Below are positions 42,907-57,465 of a stretch of DNA of 64,000 nt, piece by piece; the stretch's first letter is position 1, and each line of letters starts with the position of its first letter. The notes beneath the pieces are model-generated. The model was not told the DNA's origin. It made no database searches and saw nothing but the letters and a program-made list of their open reading frames with translations. This DNA comes from Octopus sinensis (Eukaryota): assembly GCF_006345805.1 (NCBI RefSeq), contig NC_043000.1, forward strand, positions 132,494,001 through 132,558,000. Reading direction: 5' to 3'. Both the position numbers and the translations under genes were made by a program.

Positions 42907-43019
42907 GTCTGTCACCTCTCTCACCCTCTATCTCTCTTCTCGTGTTGTTTAACGTGTTTCCTTCCCTTTTTTTTTCGTGTATTTCATCTCATCGTTACCT
43001 TTTCTTCTTTCACCTCATC

Positions 43020-43027
43020 ATAATCAA

Positions 43028-43058
<31 letters not shown>

Positions 43059-43160
43059 ACCATCACCACCACCACCACCACCATCAACATCACCATAATC
43101 ACCATCGTCGTCGTCGATCTGACGTCATCGTCGTGGTCATCATCATCATCATCATCATCA

Positions 43161-43204
<44 letters not shown>

Positions 43205-43420
43205 ACATCCCCACTATCATCGTCGTCATCGTCGCCGTCGTCGTCGTCATGGTCGTCGTTGTGGTCACTGCCGTTGTCGTCGTCGTCGTCAGCGGCGGCG
43301 GCGCCTTCGTCATCACCGACGTGGTTGTCGCGTTGTCGTCGTCACCTTCCTCCTCCTCCTCCTCCTCATCATCATCATCGTCATCATCGTCATCATTATC
43401 GTCATCGTCATCATCGGCTT
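43020..43420. repeat. (CAT/CGT/CCT)n trinucleotide array
   Basis: Directly visible. Confidence 0.9.
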
Positions 43421-43771
43421 TCCACAGCCCCCTCCCTTCTTTTACGGTGTCTGCCTTAATTAAAATCATACAGGAAGAACTGTCTGTCTGTCGGTCGGTC
43501 TGTCTCTGCCGCTCGAAGAGAGACACGATCGAGCACACACGCATAGAAAATACACATTACACGAAATGTGTAGAAGTATTTGAGTGAGTGTATGTGCACA
43601 CTTGAAGGGAAAGATAATTTGTTGGTGATGAGAGAGTGTACGTGAAATGATGAAGGAATGAGGGAAATGAAAGAGAGAGGAAGGGGAGGGGGAGACATAA
43701 AATGTCGGGGAACATGAGAAGACTGAAAAATTGCATACAAACTAATGAAAACACAGTTTGTGTGAGTGCAG

Positions 43772-43805
<34 letters not shown>

Positions 43806-43832
43806 TCAAGCGCGTGCGTGAGTGTGTGTATG

Positions 43833-44185
<353 letters not shown>

Positions 44186-44253
44186 ATAATGACGTGTATA
44201 TAAGGTGTATGAATTTATATATAAGCGTACCTACTACATACCGTCATGTAGAC

Positions 44254-44287
<34 letters not shown>

Positions 44288-44809
44288 GCACACACACGTA
44301 TAAAACATATATATACATATACACGTATATATATGTATATATACGTGTATATATATATCTATATATATATATATATCTATATATATATATATATATATAT
44401 TATAGTACATATATGTATATATACATATACACGTATATGTATTTATGTATGTATGTATGTATAATAGGTTCGTTTGATAAGCCTACGAAACTAAGTTGCA
44501 TGAAGCCGATTCAAACTGTTATTAAATAAATAATGCGCGCGTGTGTGTGTGTGCGTGTGCGCACGCGTGCGTGCATGCGCGCGTGCATTTGTGTACGCAC
44601 ACAGGCACACATATGAATCCTCAATCAAAATAAACGTAATTTTACGTAACAGTAAATCTGTTTCCATCTTGCCATAGAAACATAATAAGATTCTCTGGAC
44701 TCAGCTTTTTAATTAAAACGAACAACAGCAACTGTGCAGAGGTTATCTTTAATAACCAAATTGTATCTGAAAAATAAATAAATAAATAAATGTTATTTAA
44801 ATCATGCCT

Positions 44810-45510
44810 TATCATTGTACAAGTCGTCAATTAGGAGATATGAAATTTTCATGGAAAATATGTGTTAGCTGCATGGAAATTAACTGTGTGTCATTATTCT
44901 ACAACTCGTCAATTAAAAGAGATGAAATTTTCATGGAAATATTGTTATTTGCATAGAAATTAAACTGTGTGATATCGTTCTACTAATCGTCAATGTAGAG
45001 ATATGAAACCTGCATGAAATATGTTATTTACAGTGAAATAAACTATGTGAGATCATTGTACAATTTAGATATAGAATTTTCGTGTAGAATTATATTTTCT
45101 GATATCATTTCACAAACTGTCAATTTAGATATGGAATTTTCACGGAAATATATTATTTGCATATAAATTAAACTCTGTTATATTGTTTCTAGAAGTTGTT
45201 AATTTAAAGCTATGAAATGTTCATGAAAATTTGTTACTCGCATAGAAATTAACTGATAGCTTTCTACAACTCATCAATTTAAAGATATATTTTCGTTAAA
45301 CTATGAAATTAAACCGTGCGATATCGCTCTACAGGTAGTAAACTTAGAGATATGAAATTTTCATGAATTTTGTTACTTGCATAGAAATATAGTAATATCG
45401 TTCTGCAAGTCGTCATTTGCAAACTGACATTTTCATGAAAATATGTTACTTGCATAGAAATTAAACGATGCCATATCTTTCTAAAACATCTTGTAAGGTA
45501 TGAAATTGTC
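44810..45510. repeat. Degenerate ~80-bp minisatellite, roughly 8-9 units
   Basis: TCGTCAAT at ~44824, ~44906 and ~44987, with recurring GAAATTTTCATG...TTGCATAGAAATTAA. Confidence 0.8.
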
Positions 45511-45849
45511 ATAAGCAAACGAGGGTGACTCATTATAATATCCCCATGTTGCAAGTAACAACGAAATCCCCCTCGAACCGCACCTTATTTTAGGGGATAT
45601 CGTAGTCTCGTATATGTTGCCTAAAAATAAGATGGGATAGTCATAAATGGAACGATTTTGATCACCAATAGAGATCAGAGAAATTGCCTTGAAACTACCT
45701 ATATTAGTTGCATAATAACAACAACACAACAACAACAACAACAACAATAACAATAATAATAATAATAATAACAACAACAACAACAATAACAATAATAATA
45801 ATAATAATAACAATAATAATAACAACACAACAACAACAACAACAACAAC

Positions 45850-45880
<31 letters not shown>

Positions 45881-45900
45881 GTAATAACAATAATAATAAT

Positions 45901-46168
45901 TCGTTCGTTTATTGGCCACAAGGGCTGACAAAAATCAATTAAAACATAAAGGAACAAAACACAGGACGAAAGTTACAAAGGGTTTTGTCCGTTTGAAAAA
46001 GTCCGTGTACAAAAGTAGGATACCAACGAAATGTAAGTAACAAAACTCCCAATTATGGGGAGGCGCTTTGAAAGGTTACTCGTGGAAAAACCCATAAAAG
46101 CCACGGGAGCCTGGTCAAAAAAGTGTGGGGGGGGGGTAGAGAGTCCCTTTCTCCTTTTATATTTCCTT

Positions 46169-46170
<2 letters not shown>
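45901..46170 (-). mobile_element. Probable LINE 3' UTR fragment in (TAA)n
   Basis: Minus strand ends GCCCTTGTGGCCAATAAACGAACGA, similar to the family-B SINE tail. Confidence 0.4.
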
Positions 46171-46245
<75 letters not shown>

Positions 46246-46247
<2 letters not shown>

Positions 46248-46590
46248 GTGGCGTCTCAAGGCGACTACAGTACCAGTGATTGTAGGATCTCTAGGAATGA
46301 TAAGAAAAAAAGGTACTGAAACCTATTTGAAAATGACACCAGGCTTACCATCCCTACATGAAGTGCAAACACTCGTGTTAACTGGAACGACTCGTACTGA
46401 GAAGAGCATTATCGCTGTGAAAACAACATGCATTCATGAATTTATTTATTTATTAATTTTTTAAATACATATTTTACCTGTGAATTTGCGTGTGTAACCT
46501 GGGAAAGCATACAATGAGCTTCTCTGCCCTAGGTGTACGGAAAACACTCGGCGAGAAACGGAAGAAAAATTTGAAGAAAGAAGGAAAAAA
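46246..46590 (+). pseudogene. 5'-truncated R4/Dong-like element (RLE C-terminus plus 3' UTR) in (TAA)n
   Basis: MWRLKATTVPVIVGSLGMI...LHEVQTLVLTGT. (TAA)n on both sides. Confidence 0.7.
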
Positions 46591-46677
46591 TATAATAATA
46601 ATAATATTTGCGGGACCTACTTTCTATAAAAATATAAAGTACTGGATAAAAATATTTCGTCAAGCTCAGAATTAGAA

Positions 46678-46931
46678 CAGGGATCCACAGTCACCGGGCC
46701 GCATTGAAAAAAAAGATAGTTTTTTAAAAATTTTATTTCTATTTTATTGACTATCGCAGTCAACAGTGTTTTTGCGTTATACATGTATTATATATGCAAT
46801 ACCTAAGTGTTATAAATTGAATTATATATTATGCACTTTATAGTGTTTTTTATGCGCGTAATCCTCCGGTCCGTGGAATAATTGTCTTGCATGAAACCGG
46901 TCCGTCGTGCAAAAAAGGTTGGGAACAGCTG
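46678..46931. mobile_element. Decayed hAT-Charlie-type MITE
   Basis: 3' end CCGGTCCGTGG...CCGGTCCGTCGTGCAAAAAAGGTTGGGAACAGCTG. The 5' end is uncertain. Confidence 0.45.
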
Positions 46932-48189
46932 GGTTAGATGACGAGAGTTGAACAATATTGACATACCTACAGGCAAACAAAAAACTGGGGTGGCTGGTAG
47001 TATGGCCACCATGTTTATCTATGGCGGTGGAATGATAAAGAAAAGTCGAGGATTACTATCGTTTTAAATTCAGTTTGCGATTACTACGAATAATAGTGGT
47101 AAATGAGTCGATAATTCATTTGTTTTGCTGTTGTTTTTTTAAAATTATTATCAGTTCCATTTCTTGTGGGAATTGCTATTTATTTCAGTTTATTAATTAA
47201 CCCTTTCAGACCCGAATTATTTCTCAATACGGTAACATATGTGTTCATGATTTAAAACAGCTCATGCGATGAATTGATAATAAAGATTTGATTTATCACA
47301 TGTGAAATATATACAGATTACGGTCATAATTTTATAAAATTACCATTACTGAGTAACCTGCGGTTGAAATTTGATTATTCATATGGAATTAAGTGAAAAA
47401 AAAAAATCTTTGAAAGTTTTTAGAAATACTTATCTTCGAACTGGTGAAGGGACATGGCTTAGGGGTTTGGGCGTTGCGCTCTCGGTCGCGATGCCATGGT
47501 TTCGATTTCCAGTCCGGGTGGTGAGTTGTGTTCTTAAGCATAACACTTAATTTCAGGCTGGACCAGTCCACTAAGTTGTAAATGAGTAATCTTGCAATAG
47601 ATTGGCGTCCTGTTCAGGGGAAGTTTTGTAATTTCGGTTAATTATACGTCATAGGAACCGGATGTCTGAACCTGTAAGTTCTAGAACTCGAAATTATTAT
47701 ATATTATATATATTATTCATTATTATATTATTCATTGCCCATGATTAAAACCTGATCTTGTGACGGTGTTCCAAAATGTATATGAAAGTTGTAAATAACA
47801 CATCTAAGTAAAAGCTCACTCAAAAAGGCCGCGTTTAAAACCTGAAAATATTCAAGCCCGGGTAGAGGGTGGAATAACTTGCCTAAAGTACGTTGTTTTC
47901 TGTATGTATGTATGTAATTATATATACGTGTGTCTAAAGTACGTCGTTTAAGATATTATAATAATTGATGTAACAGTTTTTTTTTGTGTCGATTCATTAG
48001 ATTTAATAGAAGCAGTGCAACATACACACACACATACATACATACATACATACATACATACATACATGCATACATAAATAAATGCATACATACATGCATA
48101 CATACATACATGCATACATGCATGCATAATACATACATACATAAATGCATACATACATAATGCGTTTTTTTCTCCGTTTACTTTCCACT

Positions 48190-48565
48190 AGGAGTGGCTG
48201 TGTGGTAACTAGCTTGCTTACCAACCACATGGTTCCGAGTTCAGTCCTACTGCGTGGCACCTTGGGCTAGTGTCTTCTACTATAGCCTCGGGCCGACCAA
48301 AGCCTTGAGTGGATTTGGTAGACCGAAACTGAAAGAAGCCCGTCGTATATATGTATATGTATATGCATATATATTTGAGTGCGTGTTTGTGTATCTGTGT
48401 TTGTCTCCCCGACATCGCTTGACAACCGATGCTGGTGTGTTTACGTCCCTGTAACTTAGCATAAGTACTAGGCTTACAAAGAATAAGTCCTGGGGCTCGA
48501 TTTGCTCGACTAAAGGTGGTGCTCCAGCATGGCCACATTCAAATGACTGAAACAAGTAAAAGAGT
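48190..48565 (+). mobile_element. SINE family C
   Basis: Head AGGAGTGGCTGTGTGGTAAC...; tail CTGAAACAAGTAAAAGAG. Confidence 0.88.
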
Positions 48566-48569
48566 ATCC

Positions 48570-48690
48570 ATTGTTTTAATTCCTCATTCCTTTCTATAGA
48601 AGAGCATAGGCTCGAAACGTCGAAGACTTCTGTTTTTTCATGTGCGTCAAACTAATACACTTTGTTTGTTCCATCATTTGGCTCGTTTTT
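48570..48690 (+). mobile_element. Diverged family D element with hammerhead-like motif (48590-48625)
   Basis: CTTT-CTATAGA-A-GAGC-atag-GCTC-GAAAC-GTC-GAAG. Confidence 0.6.
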
Positions 48691-49162
48691 TTAATTTTTA
48701 CTTTTTTCTTTTTTTTTTGACAGCTTTGAACAATTCAGGTATACCTGATCATGAAATGGATCTTCCATTGGTAAACATGGTATTGCTCTTGACATTGTGA
48801 TACTCCAAAGATTTAATGATATAAAACATCACAAAGGTTAAATATACATTAACAAAAAGAGTATTATAAAGAAAAAAATTATCCAGAAACTTGCCAAGAT
48901 GGGGAGGGGGTGAGGAAATACCGATTCGCAATTAAGGAGGATACGCTTTTCTTAATATAGATACAGGAGATGCTCTGCTGCAGAATCGTCGCAGACTCGA
49001 TAGTCATCATTCATACCCAAGTGCCACACAATAACTGGCACTTGGGTATGAATAACTGGGCACACTACCAGCAGTAAATTGGATAGGTACTAATCCTTTA
49101 GTTGGTTTCTCAACCTCTAACTCACACAAAAATTATATATATATATAGTATGGTATAGTATA

Positions 49163-49540
49163 GTGGAGGCGCAGTGGTTAGGGCAGCGGACTCGCGGTCA
49201 TAGGATCGCGGTTTCGATTCCCAGACCGGGCGTTGTGAGTGTTTATTGAGCGAAAACACCTAAAAGCTTCACGAGGCTCCGGCAGGGATGGTGGTGATCC
49301 CTACTGTACTCTTTCACCACAACTTTCTCTCACTCTTACTTCCTGTTTCTGTTGTACCTGTATTTCAAGGGGACGGCCTTGTCACTCTCTGTGTCACGCT
49401 GAATATCCCCGAGAACTACGTTAAGGGTGCTCGTGTCTGTGGAGTGCTCAGCCACTTATACGTTAATTTCACGAGCAGGCTGTTCCGTTGATTCGGATCA
49501 ACCGGAACCCTCATCGTCGTAATCGACGGAGTGCTTCCTC
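49163..49540 (+). mobile_element. SINE family A inserted in (TATAG)n
   Basis: Homologous to 101-490. Confidence 0.88.
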
Positions 49541-50212
49541 AGAATAGTACAGTATAGTATAGTATAGTATAGTATAGTATAGTATAGTATAGTATAGATA
49601 AAGATAGATGTAATGTATAACAGGGCAAATAGTCGAGTAGTCTATTTCTGAGCGAGGGTCGGTCATGATATGTTATTCCGCAGATAAAAGAGGTCAGGAC
49701 ATCGTTTTGAAAACACTTGAATTATTAAAGCATTTCTACGGAGTTTATCAACATCATCAGCCATAAGAAACATTTGCATAACAGTACATTTGCTGTCCAA
49801 TTCGAATTGTTGGGGTTTTAATCAGCCGGGGAAATATACAGACTTGAAAGTTATCTCAAGACATGCAGTTGGAATCGAAATCAGCAACCCGTTACTTTTA
49901 TTTATTCAAGCATCTCTCTTGAAGGTCGTAAATGATCTTTGGCATCATAAAATGTATACTCTAATTAAAATACTAATTATTTACACAGGCATGAACATTC
50001 TAGGTTTTAAGGGAGTGTATGTAACGCAATTCGACGTTCAGAATCTTCCCGCCGGGTATTAAGTAAAAGTCACTTATGAAAAGCACTTTGCTTGTTAGTT
50101 CCTGTGAACATAACTGCGTTCCACGGCTTTTGTTCTGTTATGCTTTACTTGTACAAATTCTTTGTATGGGAGAACATAAGTGATTCAATTGATAATGGTA
50201 TTGCGTTTAAAC

Positions 50213-50377
50213 GCTTTTACTTGTTTCAGTCATTTGAATGCGGCCATGCTGGAGCACCGCCTTTACTCGAGCAAATCTACCCCAGGACTTATTTATTGTA
50301 AGCCTAGTACTTATTCTATCGGTCTCTTATGGCCGAACCGCTAAGTTGGGGGAAAAAACACAGACACACAAACGTAT

Positions 50378-50408
<31 letters not shown>

Positions 50409-50665
50409 CGCACGCAAACACACACACACACACACAACACACACACACACACATACACACACACACACACACAACACACACACATATATATATATATACA
50501 TATATACGATGGGCTTCTTTCAGTTTCCGTCTACCAAATCCACTCACAAGGCTTTCGTTGGTCCGAGGCTATAGTAGAAGACACTTGCCCACGGTGCCAC
50601 GCAGTAGGACTGAACTCGGAACCATGTGATTCGTAAGCAAGCTACTCTCCACGCAGCCACTCTTG
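50213..50665 (-). mobile_element. SINE family C with expanded internal (CA)n
   Basis: Homology to the other family-C copies. Confidence 0.82.
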
Positions 50666-51159
50666 CTACTCTATTAATAGTGCTAATTTTTATCGACGCC
50701 GGAGAGTTAAAGAGTGAAGTGAAGTTGGAGCAAGCGGACGATGACAATAGTATATTTTGAAACACTTGGGAAATTGCTAAGTGGTTGTTTGACGTGCTAG
50801 AAAGAGATGTCAAATCTCCCTCAAACAACATCCTACTATTTTACAGAAGGAACAAATTGTATATAGTAGTTCTTGATATATTATGTTTAGAAATACATCG
50901 GGATAGTAACAGCTGAAACATAGGTCTACTTAAGATAAACGACAGCCACCGATCATTCAAATATAAATAAACACCACGCACATACGTACACTCTTGCACA
51001 CACACACACTCTTGCACACACACACACACACATATGCACACAAGCATATGCACACGCACATGCACACACGCATGGACACACACACAGGCACACTCATACA
51101 CAGAAGTGAATATTTAGCAATACACGCAAATATATTTTAATTCTATCAAAGTATAGTCG

Positions 51160-51558
51160 CAGGAGTGGCTGTGTGGTAAGTAGCTTGCTAACCAACCACA
51201 TGGTTCCGGGTTCAGTCCCACTGCGTGGCATCTTGGACAAGTGTCTTCTGCTATAGCCCCGGACCGACCAATGCCTTGTGAGTGGATTTGGTAGACGGAA
51301 ACTGAAAGAAGCCTGTCGTATATATGTATATAGATATATGTGTGTGTGTACGTGTTTGTGTGTCTGTGTTTGTCCCCCTAGCATTGCTTGACAACCGATG
51401 GTGGTGTGTTTACGTCCCCGTCACTTAGCGGTTCGGCAAAAGAGACCGATAGAATAACTACTGGGCTTACAAAAGAATAAGTCCCGGGGTCGATTTGCTC
51501 GACTAAAGGCGGTGCTCCAGCATGGCCGCAGTCAAATGACTGAAACAAGTAAAAGAGT
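51160..51558 (+). mobile_element. SINE family C, full length
   Basis: Homology to the other family-C copies. Confidence 0.88.
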
Positions 51559-52449
51559 ATGCATTATACTACATGAAAATCATGAAAATTTGTATTTCGG
51601 TTGGCAATTTATTGCAATGAGCAATCAAGCTGTTTCAACGTTTGAAGAATACCCTTTGTGGTTGTTCGACACGGTAGAAATAACAGCCAAATCACTTTCA
51701 AATCATACTTTACTGTCTTAGAAAGGAACAAACTGAGAAAGGACGCTCCAAGTTCCCTACACAGGAAAAATACTAGATGACCATGGATGAAATGTTTTGA
51801 TCACAGGTCTTCTCGATCTCAACAACAAGGAATTAAAACACCAATAACAACAGCAGCAACAACAACAGCAACAACAACAACAACAACAGCAACAACAACG
51901 ATCACAATATGGCCGTTTACATATCGAAGTATTACTATATAAATGGACTAACGTCAGCTAATTAACTGAAAAAGTTCAAACGATACGCTCCATAAGTACC
52001 GTTTCGTCTTCTTGACTGTTTAACATAAAAGTTTGAACTTTCTAGTTTTATCATGGTAATAGAAATTAGGAGACACTGAACGAAAATAGAGGAATGAATA
52101 TATACATACTTCTTCATGAATCTTTTGGATGTATTTTGGTGTAGTGTCTCGAGTGAATATACTATAAATTTTATTTTCTCACTGAAACCGATTCTCATTG
52201 AGCCTATGCTGTAATGAGGGGCAGATTCATGGCCTATTTATTTCTTTCAAAATAGATTAGAAATGCAACCAATGATGTCGTTTGCAATATGCTTTCCAGG
52301 TGGTCAGAACCCTTATTAATGTATACACACACATATTTATATACATATACATACGCACATATTCATATACAAGCCTCTGTGCGTGCGCGCATTCAGAAAA
52401 TACCTTGTGTTGTCTTTCCAGGCTTGGTTCTTATTCATACTTTAGAATG

Positions 52450-52855
52450 CTTACTCTTTTACTCCATTACTTGTTTCAGTCATGTGACTATGGCCATGCT
52501 GAAGCACCGCCTTTAGTCGAGCAAATCGATCCCAGGATTTATTCTTTGTAAGCCTAGTACTTATTCTATCGGTGTCTTTTGCCGAAACGCTAAGTTACGG
52601 GGACGTAAACACACCACCATCGGTTGTCAAGCGATATTGGGGGGGGGGACAAACACACACAAACACATACACACGTATATATACATATATACAACAGGCT
52701 TCTTTCAGTTTCCGTCTATCAAATCCACTCGCATGGCTTTGGTCGGCCCGAGGCTATAGTAGAAGACACTTTCCCAAGGTGCCACGCAGTGGGACTGAAC
52801 CTGGAACCATGTGGTTGGTAAGCAAGCAAGTTACCACACAGCCACTCCTGCGCCT
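52450..52855 (-). mobile_element. SINE family C, full length
   Basis: Homology to the other family-C copies. Confidence 0.85.
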
Positions 52856-53382
52856 ACAATATCCTGCTTCTAAAATATTTTACGAAAAATATAGCATTCA
52901 CACAAACTCAGGCAGAGATGTTCAAAATATGGAGAGAAGAAGGTTGAATTTTACAAGAGAGAGACATAAAATCGTCCAACCTTACCCACCACAAACCCCA
53001 CTTGCAAATAAAGTTATCGGTTCAGTTAATCCATTTAATATATATTACATCTGATGTCTGTACACACAGAATTCTGTAGCTTCGTATTAAATTTAATTCA
53101 TCGAGACGTGACGACCTAGAGGGTGGCGGCAATATCTGCTTTGACTGACACGTTTCAATTCAATATTCATACTGCTATATGACTTCTTGCAGGCTCTGGG
53201 TGATTATATAATTCCTTGGTATTAATCTTGAACAGGATATTCTCCATTTAAAAAAAAAAAAAAATTTTTAATCTGAAAAACGCATTGACTTGTTTCTTTA
53301 GAATTACACACATGCACGCACACACACACGCACACACACATACAAACACTCACGAACACGCACACACACGTGTGTGCGTATG

Positions 53383-53417
<35 letters not shown>

Positions 53418-53586
53418 TATGCGTATATACATACATATATGTACATACCTACATATATATGTATATATACATGCATATATGGGTACAGGACATCATATAT
53501 ATATATATAAATATATGCGTATATACATACATATATGTACATACCTACATATATATGTATATATACATGCATATATGGGTACAGGA

Positions 53587-53622
<36 letters not shown>

Positions 53623-53653
53623 ATCAAAATAAAAACATGATGCGAAGGATTCA

Positions 53654-53731
53654 GCGGTACATATGTTTCGGGCCTTTATTAGACAGATTTATAACAATGC
53701 ATAATGTATGTCTGTGGCCTTCTTCAGCCGC
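53654..53731 (-). ncRNA. Type I hammerhead ribozyme motif (left arm)
   Basis: Minus strand GCGG-CTGAAGA-AGGCC-ACAGA...TCTGT...GGCCC-GAAAC-ATAT-GTA-CCGC. Confidence 0.75.
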
Positions 53732-55591
53732 GCACAACAGCTTCCACAAGGACATGTGTTACATCAAAAATTCTTGGTTGGGGATGCAAATCCTCTCATT
53801 CGCGTACGACATAATGCGGCAGCAGCATAGAATTGAAGCGTCCATCTCTTTCTTCTCTCAATGTAGAATGAGGAAATTTGGATGTTGAAGTAATGTAAAT
53901 AAAAAATACATATATAGACGTGAAGATGGAGGGGCGAGAATTCAGGACGAGGGATAAAAAATGTATAAAAGGTGTAAGTATAGAAAAATATAAAAATGTA
54001 GAGTAAAAGATATAAAGGGATATAAGGAGATGTAAAGGGGTATAACGAATATAAAGAAATATAAAGAATATAAATGATGTAAAGGCATAAGGTTATAAAG
54101 TAAAAATAGAAATAGAAATAAAAGTAAAAAGTAAAAAAATAAAAATAGGAATAAACATGATAAAAATGTAAAAAAATATAAAGATAAGGGATGTATAGAG
54201 GTTACGGACCAAACATGGTGGTCAGGAGATTGATAAAATTTAGTTGTAGAAGTTTTGGGTGTCAATAAATCAACAGTGTCGTCTGGGGACCTAGTGTGTT
54301 GTAAATCAGAGCTGTTGAGCATTTAATCTAGTTCTTTGAATTAATTGGTCATCTTGTACATACATACCATCATGGATACATACACCCATATACACGCGTA
54401 CATATACGCGCGCATACACGGCTCCAAGCCTATAAGCATACACACGCACTCACGTGTAAACATGTACATAAACACACATACACCCAACACGCACGCGCGT
54501 ACATCTAACATACATACAACAGAATATCCGCATGTATACACGGACATTATACGGTGTACACACCCCATATACATACGTGCGTCCATCCTTACATACACAT
54601 ACACATATGCCACGCTTCCAGGTTTAGATATAAGATATTAAAGGATGTATATAAGAACGTATGTAAAGAATCACGCACTCACGTCTACACGTGCACGCAC
54701 ACACGGCTGTGTGTCCATATGTGCGTGCACATATACACTACATACAACACAGAGACATACGCGCATATGGTATAGCTATAAGATATTAAAAGATGTATAC
54801 AAATAGGTGTAAACATATGAATATAAGAAAACATGTAAAAAAATGTAAAGAAATACGGGGTATGTACATCCAGACGTAGATGTTTACTCGTACATATGTA
54901 CACATATGTATACGTATACATACGTACACGGACGCTCGTATAATCATAAAGCGGATCCATAGGTAAGTAAATAAAGGATAAGCAAAAAAAAATAGACATA
55001 TATAGAGATATAAAGCGATAAGTTAGGGGTAAGAATGAGGGTAAGGGTAAAAATTAGAAATAAAAGTAAGAAATACAATATAAAATAAGAAATACAATAT
55101 AAAATAAGAAATACAATGTAAAAGTTAGAAATGAAATGTAAAAATTATAAAAATTATAAGAATTAAGATAAGGGATGAAAATAAAAATGAGAATAAAGGT
55201 AAAGCGAAGTAGAATAGGATAAAGCAAAATAAAAGTAAAAATAAAAGTAAAAATAAAAATAAAATAAAATAAAATAAAAATATACTTTGGTAAAGTTTAA
55301 CATGAGATGAAGGTGGTTGAAAGTTAGAGGTGTGTGTTAAAGGTGCCCATGTAGGGGCGGGCGGGGGGAACTGAAAATTGGAAGGGTGGGAAGTGGAGTT
55401 TGGCGGTGTGCGTTCAACATCCGAGTTAGAAATGTGAAAGGGTATAGATATAGGGAAATAAAGAGACTATATAGGAAGGATATGGGTGTAGGAGAAGAAA
55501 TATGTAGGGAAAAAAAGACATATATGGAGACAAAATGTGTATATATAGGAGGAGGAAAATGCAGGGAAACATATATGGCACATACACACAC

Positions 55592-55628
<37 letters not shown>

Positions 55629-57390
55629 TTTTTTTCCTACATATTTCTTCTCCTACACCCATATCCTTCCTATATAGTCTCTTTATTTCCCTATATCTAT
55701 ACCCTTCACATTCTAACTCGGATGTTGAACGCACACCGCCAAACTCCACTTCCCACCCTTCCAATTTTCAGTTCCCCCGCCCGCCCCTACATGGGCACCT
55801 TTAACACACACCCTCAACTTTCAACCACCTTCATCTCATGTTAAACTTTACCAAAGTATATTTTTATTTTATTTTATTTTATTTTTATTTTTACTTTTAT
55901 TTACTTTATTTTGCTTTATCCTATTCTACTTCGCTTTACCTTATTCTCATTTTATTTTCATCCCTTATCTTAATTCTTATAATTTATAATTTTTACATTT
56001 CATTTCTAACTTTTACATTGTATTTCTTATTTTATATTGTATTTCTTATTTTATATTGTATTTCTTACTTTTATTTCTAATTTTTACCCTACCCTCATCT
56101 TACCCCTAACTTATCGCTTATATCTCTATATATGTCTATTTTTTTTTTGCTTATCCCTTATTTACTTACCTATGGATCCGCTTTATGATTATACGAGCGT
56201 CCGTGTACGTATGTATACGTATACATATGTGTACATATGTACGAGTAAAACATTACGTCTGGATGTACATACCCCGTATTTCTTTACATTTTTACATGTT
56301 TTCTTATATTCATATGTTTACACCTATTTGTATACATCTTTTAATATCTTATAGTATAACCATATGGCGCGTATGTCTTGTGTTGTGTATGTAAGTGTAT
56401 ATGTGCACGCACATATGGACACACAGCCGTGTGTGCGTGCAGTAGACGTGAGGTGCGTGATTCTTTACATACGTTCTTATATACATCCTTTAATATCTTA
56501 TATCTAAACCTGGAAGCGTGGGCATATGTGAGTGTATGTAAGGATGGACGCACATATGTATATAGGGTGTGTACACGTATAATGTCCGTGTATACATGCG
56601 GATATTCTGTTGTATGTATGTATATGTACGCGCGTGCGTGTGGGTGTATGTGTGTTTATGTACATGTTTACACGTGAGTGCGTGTGTATGCTTATAGGCT
56701 TGGAGCGTGTATGCGCGCGTATATGTACGCGTGTATATGGGTGTATGTATCCATGATGGTATGTATGTACAAGATGACCAATTAATTCAAAGAACTAGAT
56801 TAAATGCTCAACAGCTCTGATTTACAAACACTAGGTCCCCAGACGACACTGTTGATTTATTGACACCCAAAACTTCTACAACTAAATTTTATAATCTCCT
56901 GACCACCATGTTTGGTCCGTAACCTCTATACATCCCTTCTCTATATTTTTTTACATTTTTATCATGTTTATTCCTATTTTTATTTTTTTACTTTTACTTT
57001 TATTTCTATTTCTATTTTTACTTTATAACCTTATGCCTTTACATTCATTTATATTTCTTTATATTTCTTTATATTCGTTATACCCCCTTTACATCTCCTT
57101 ATCCCTTTTATCTTTTACTCTACATTTTTATATTTTTCTATACTTACACCTTTTATACATTTTTATCCCTCGTCCTGAATTCTCGCCCCTCCATCTTCAC
57201 GTCTATATAGTATTTATTTATTACATTACTTCAACATCCAAATTTCCTCATTCTACATTGAGAGAAGAAAGAGATGGACGCTCGCTTCAATCTATGCTGC
57301 TGCCGCATTATGTCGTACGCGAATGAGAGGATTTGCATCCCAACCAAGAATTTTTGATGTAACACATGTCCTTGTTGAAGCTGTTGTGCA

Positions 57391-57465
57391 CGGCTGAAGA
57401 AGGCCACAGACATACATTATGCATTGTTATAAATCTGTCTATAAAGGCCCGAAACATATGTACCG
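57391..57465 (+). ncRNA. Type I hammerhead ribozyme motif (right arm)
   Basis: CGG-CTGAAGA-AGGCC...GGCCC-GAAAC-ATAT-GTA-CCG. Predicted cleavage after 57462. Confidence 0.75.

Noticed and set aside
44810-45510. Repeat array as possible CRISPR
   Set aside because: Whole units are degenerate tandem copies without unique spacers; there are no cas genes and the context is eukaryotic.
53942-54322. ORF in the palindrome arm as Penelope RT/GIY-YIG
   Set aside because: No RT or GIY-YIG motif is recognisable; most of it is low-complexity.
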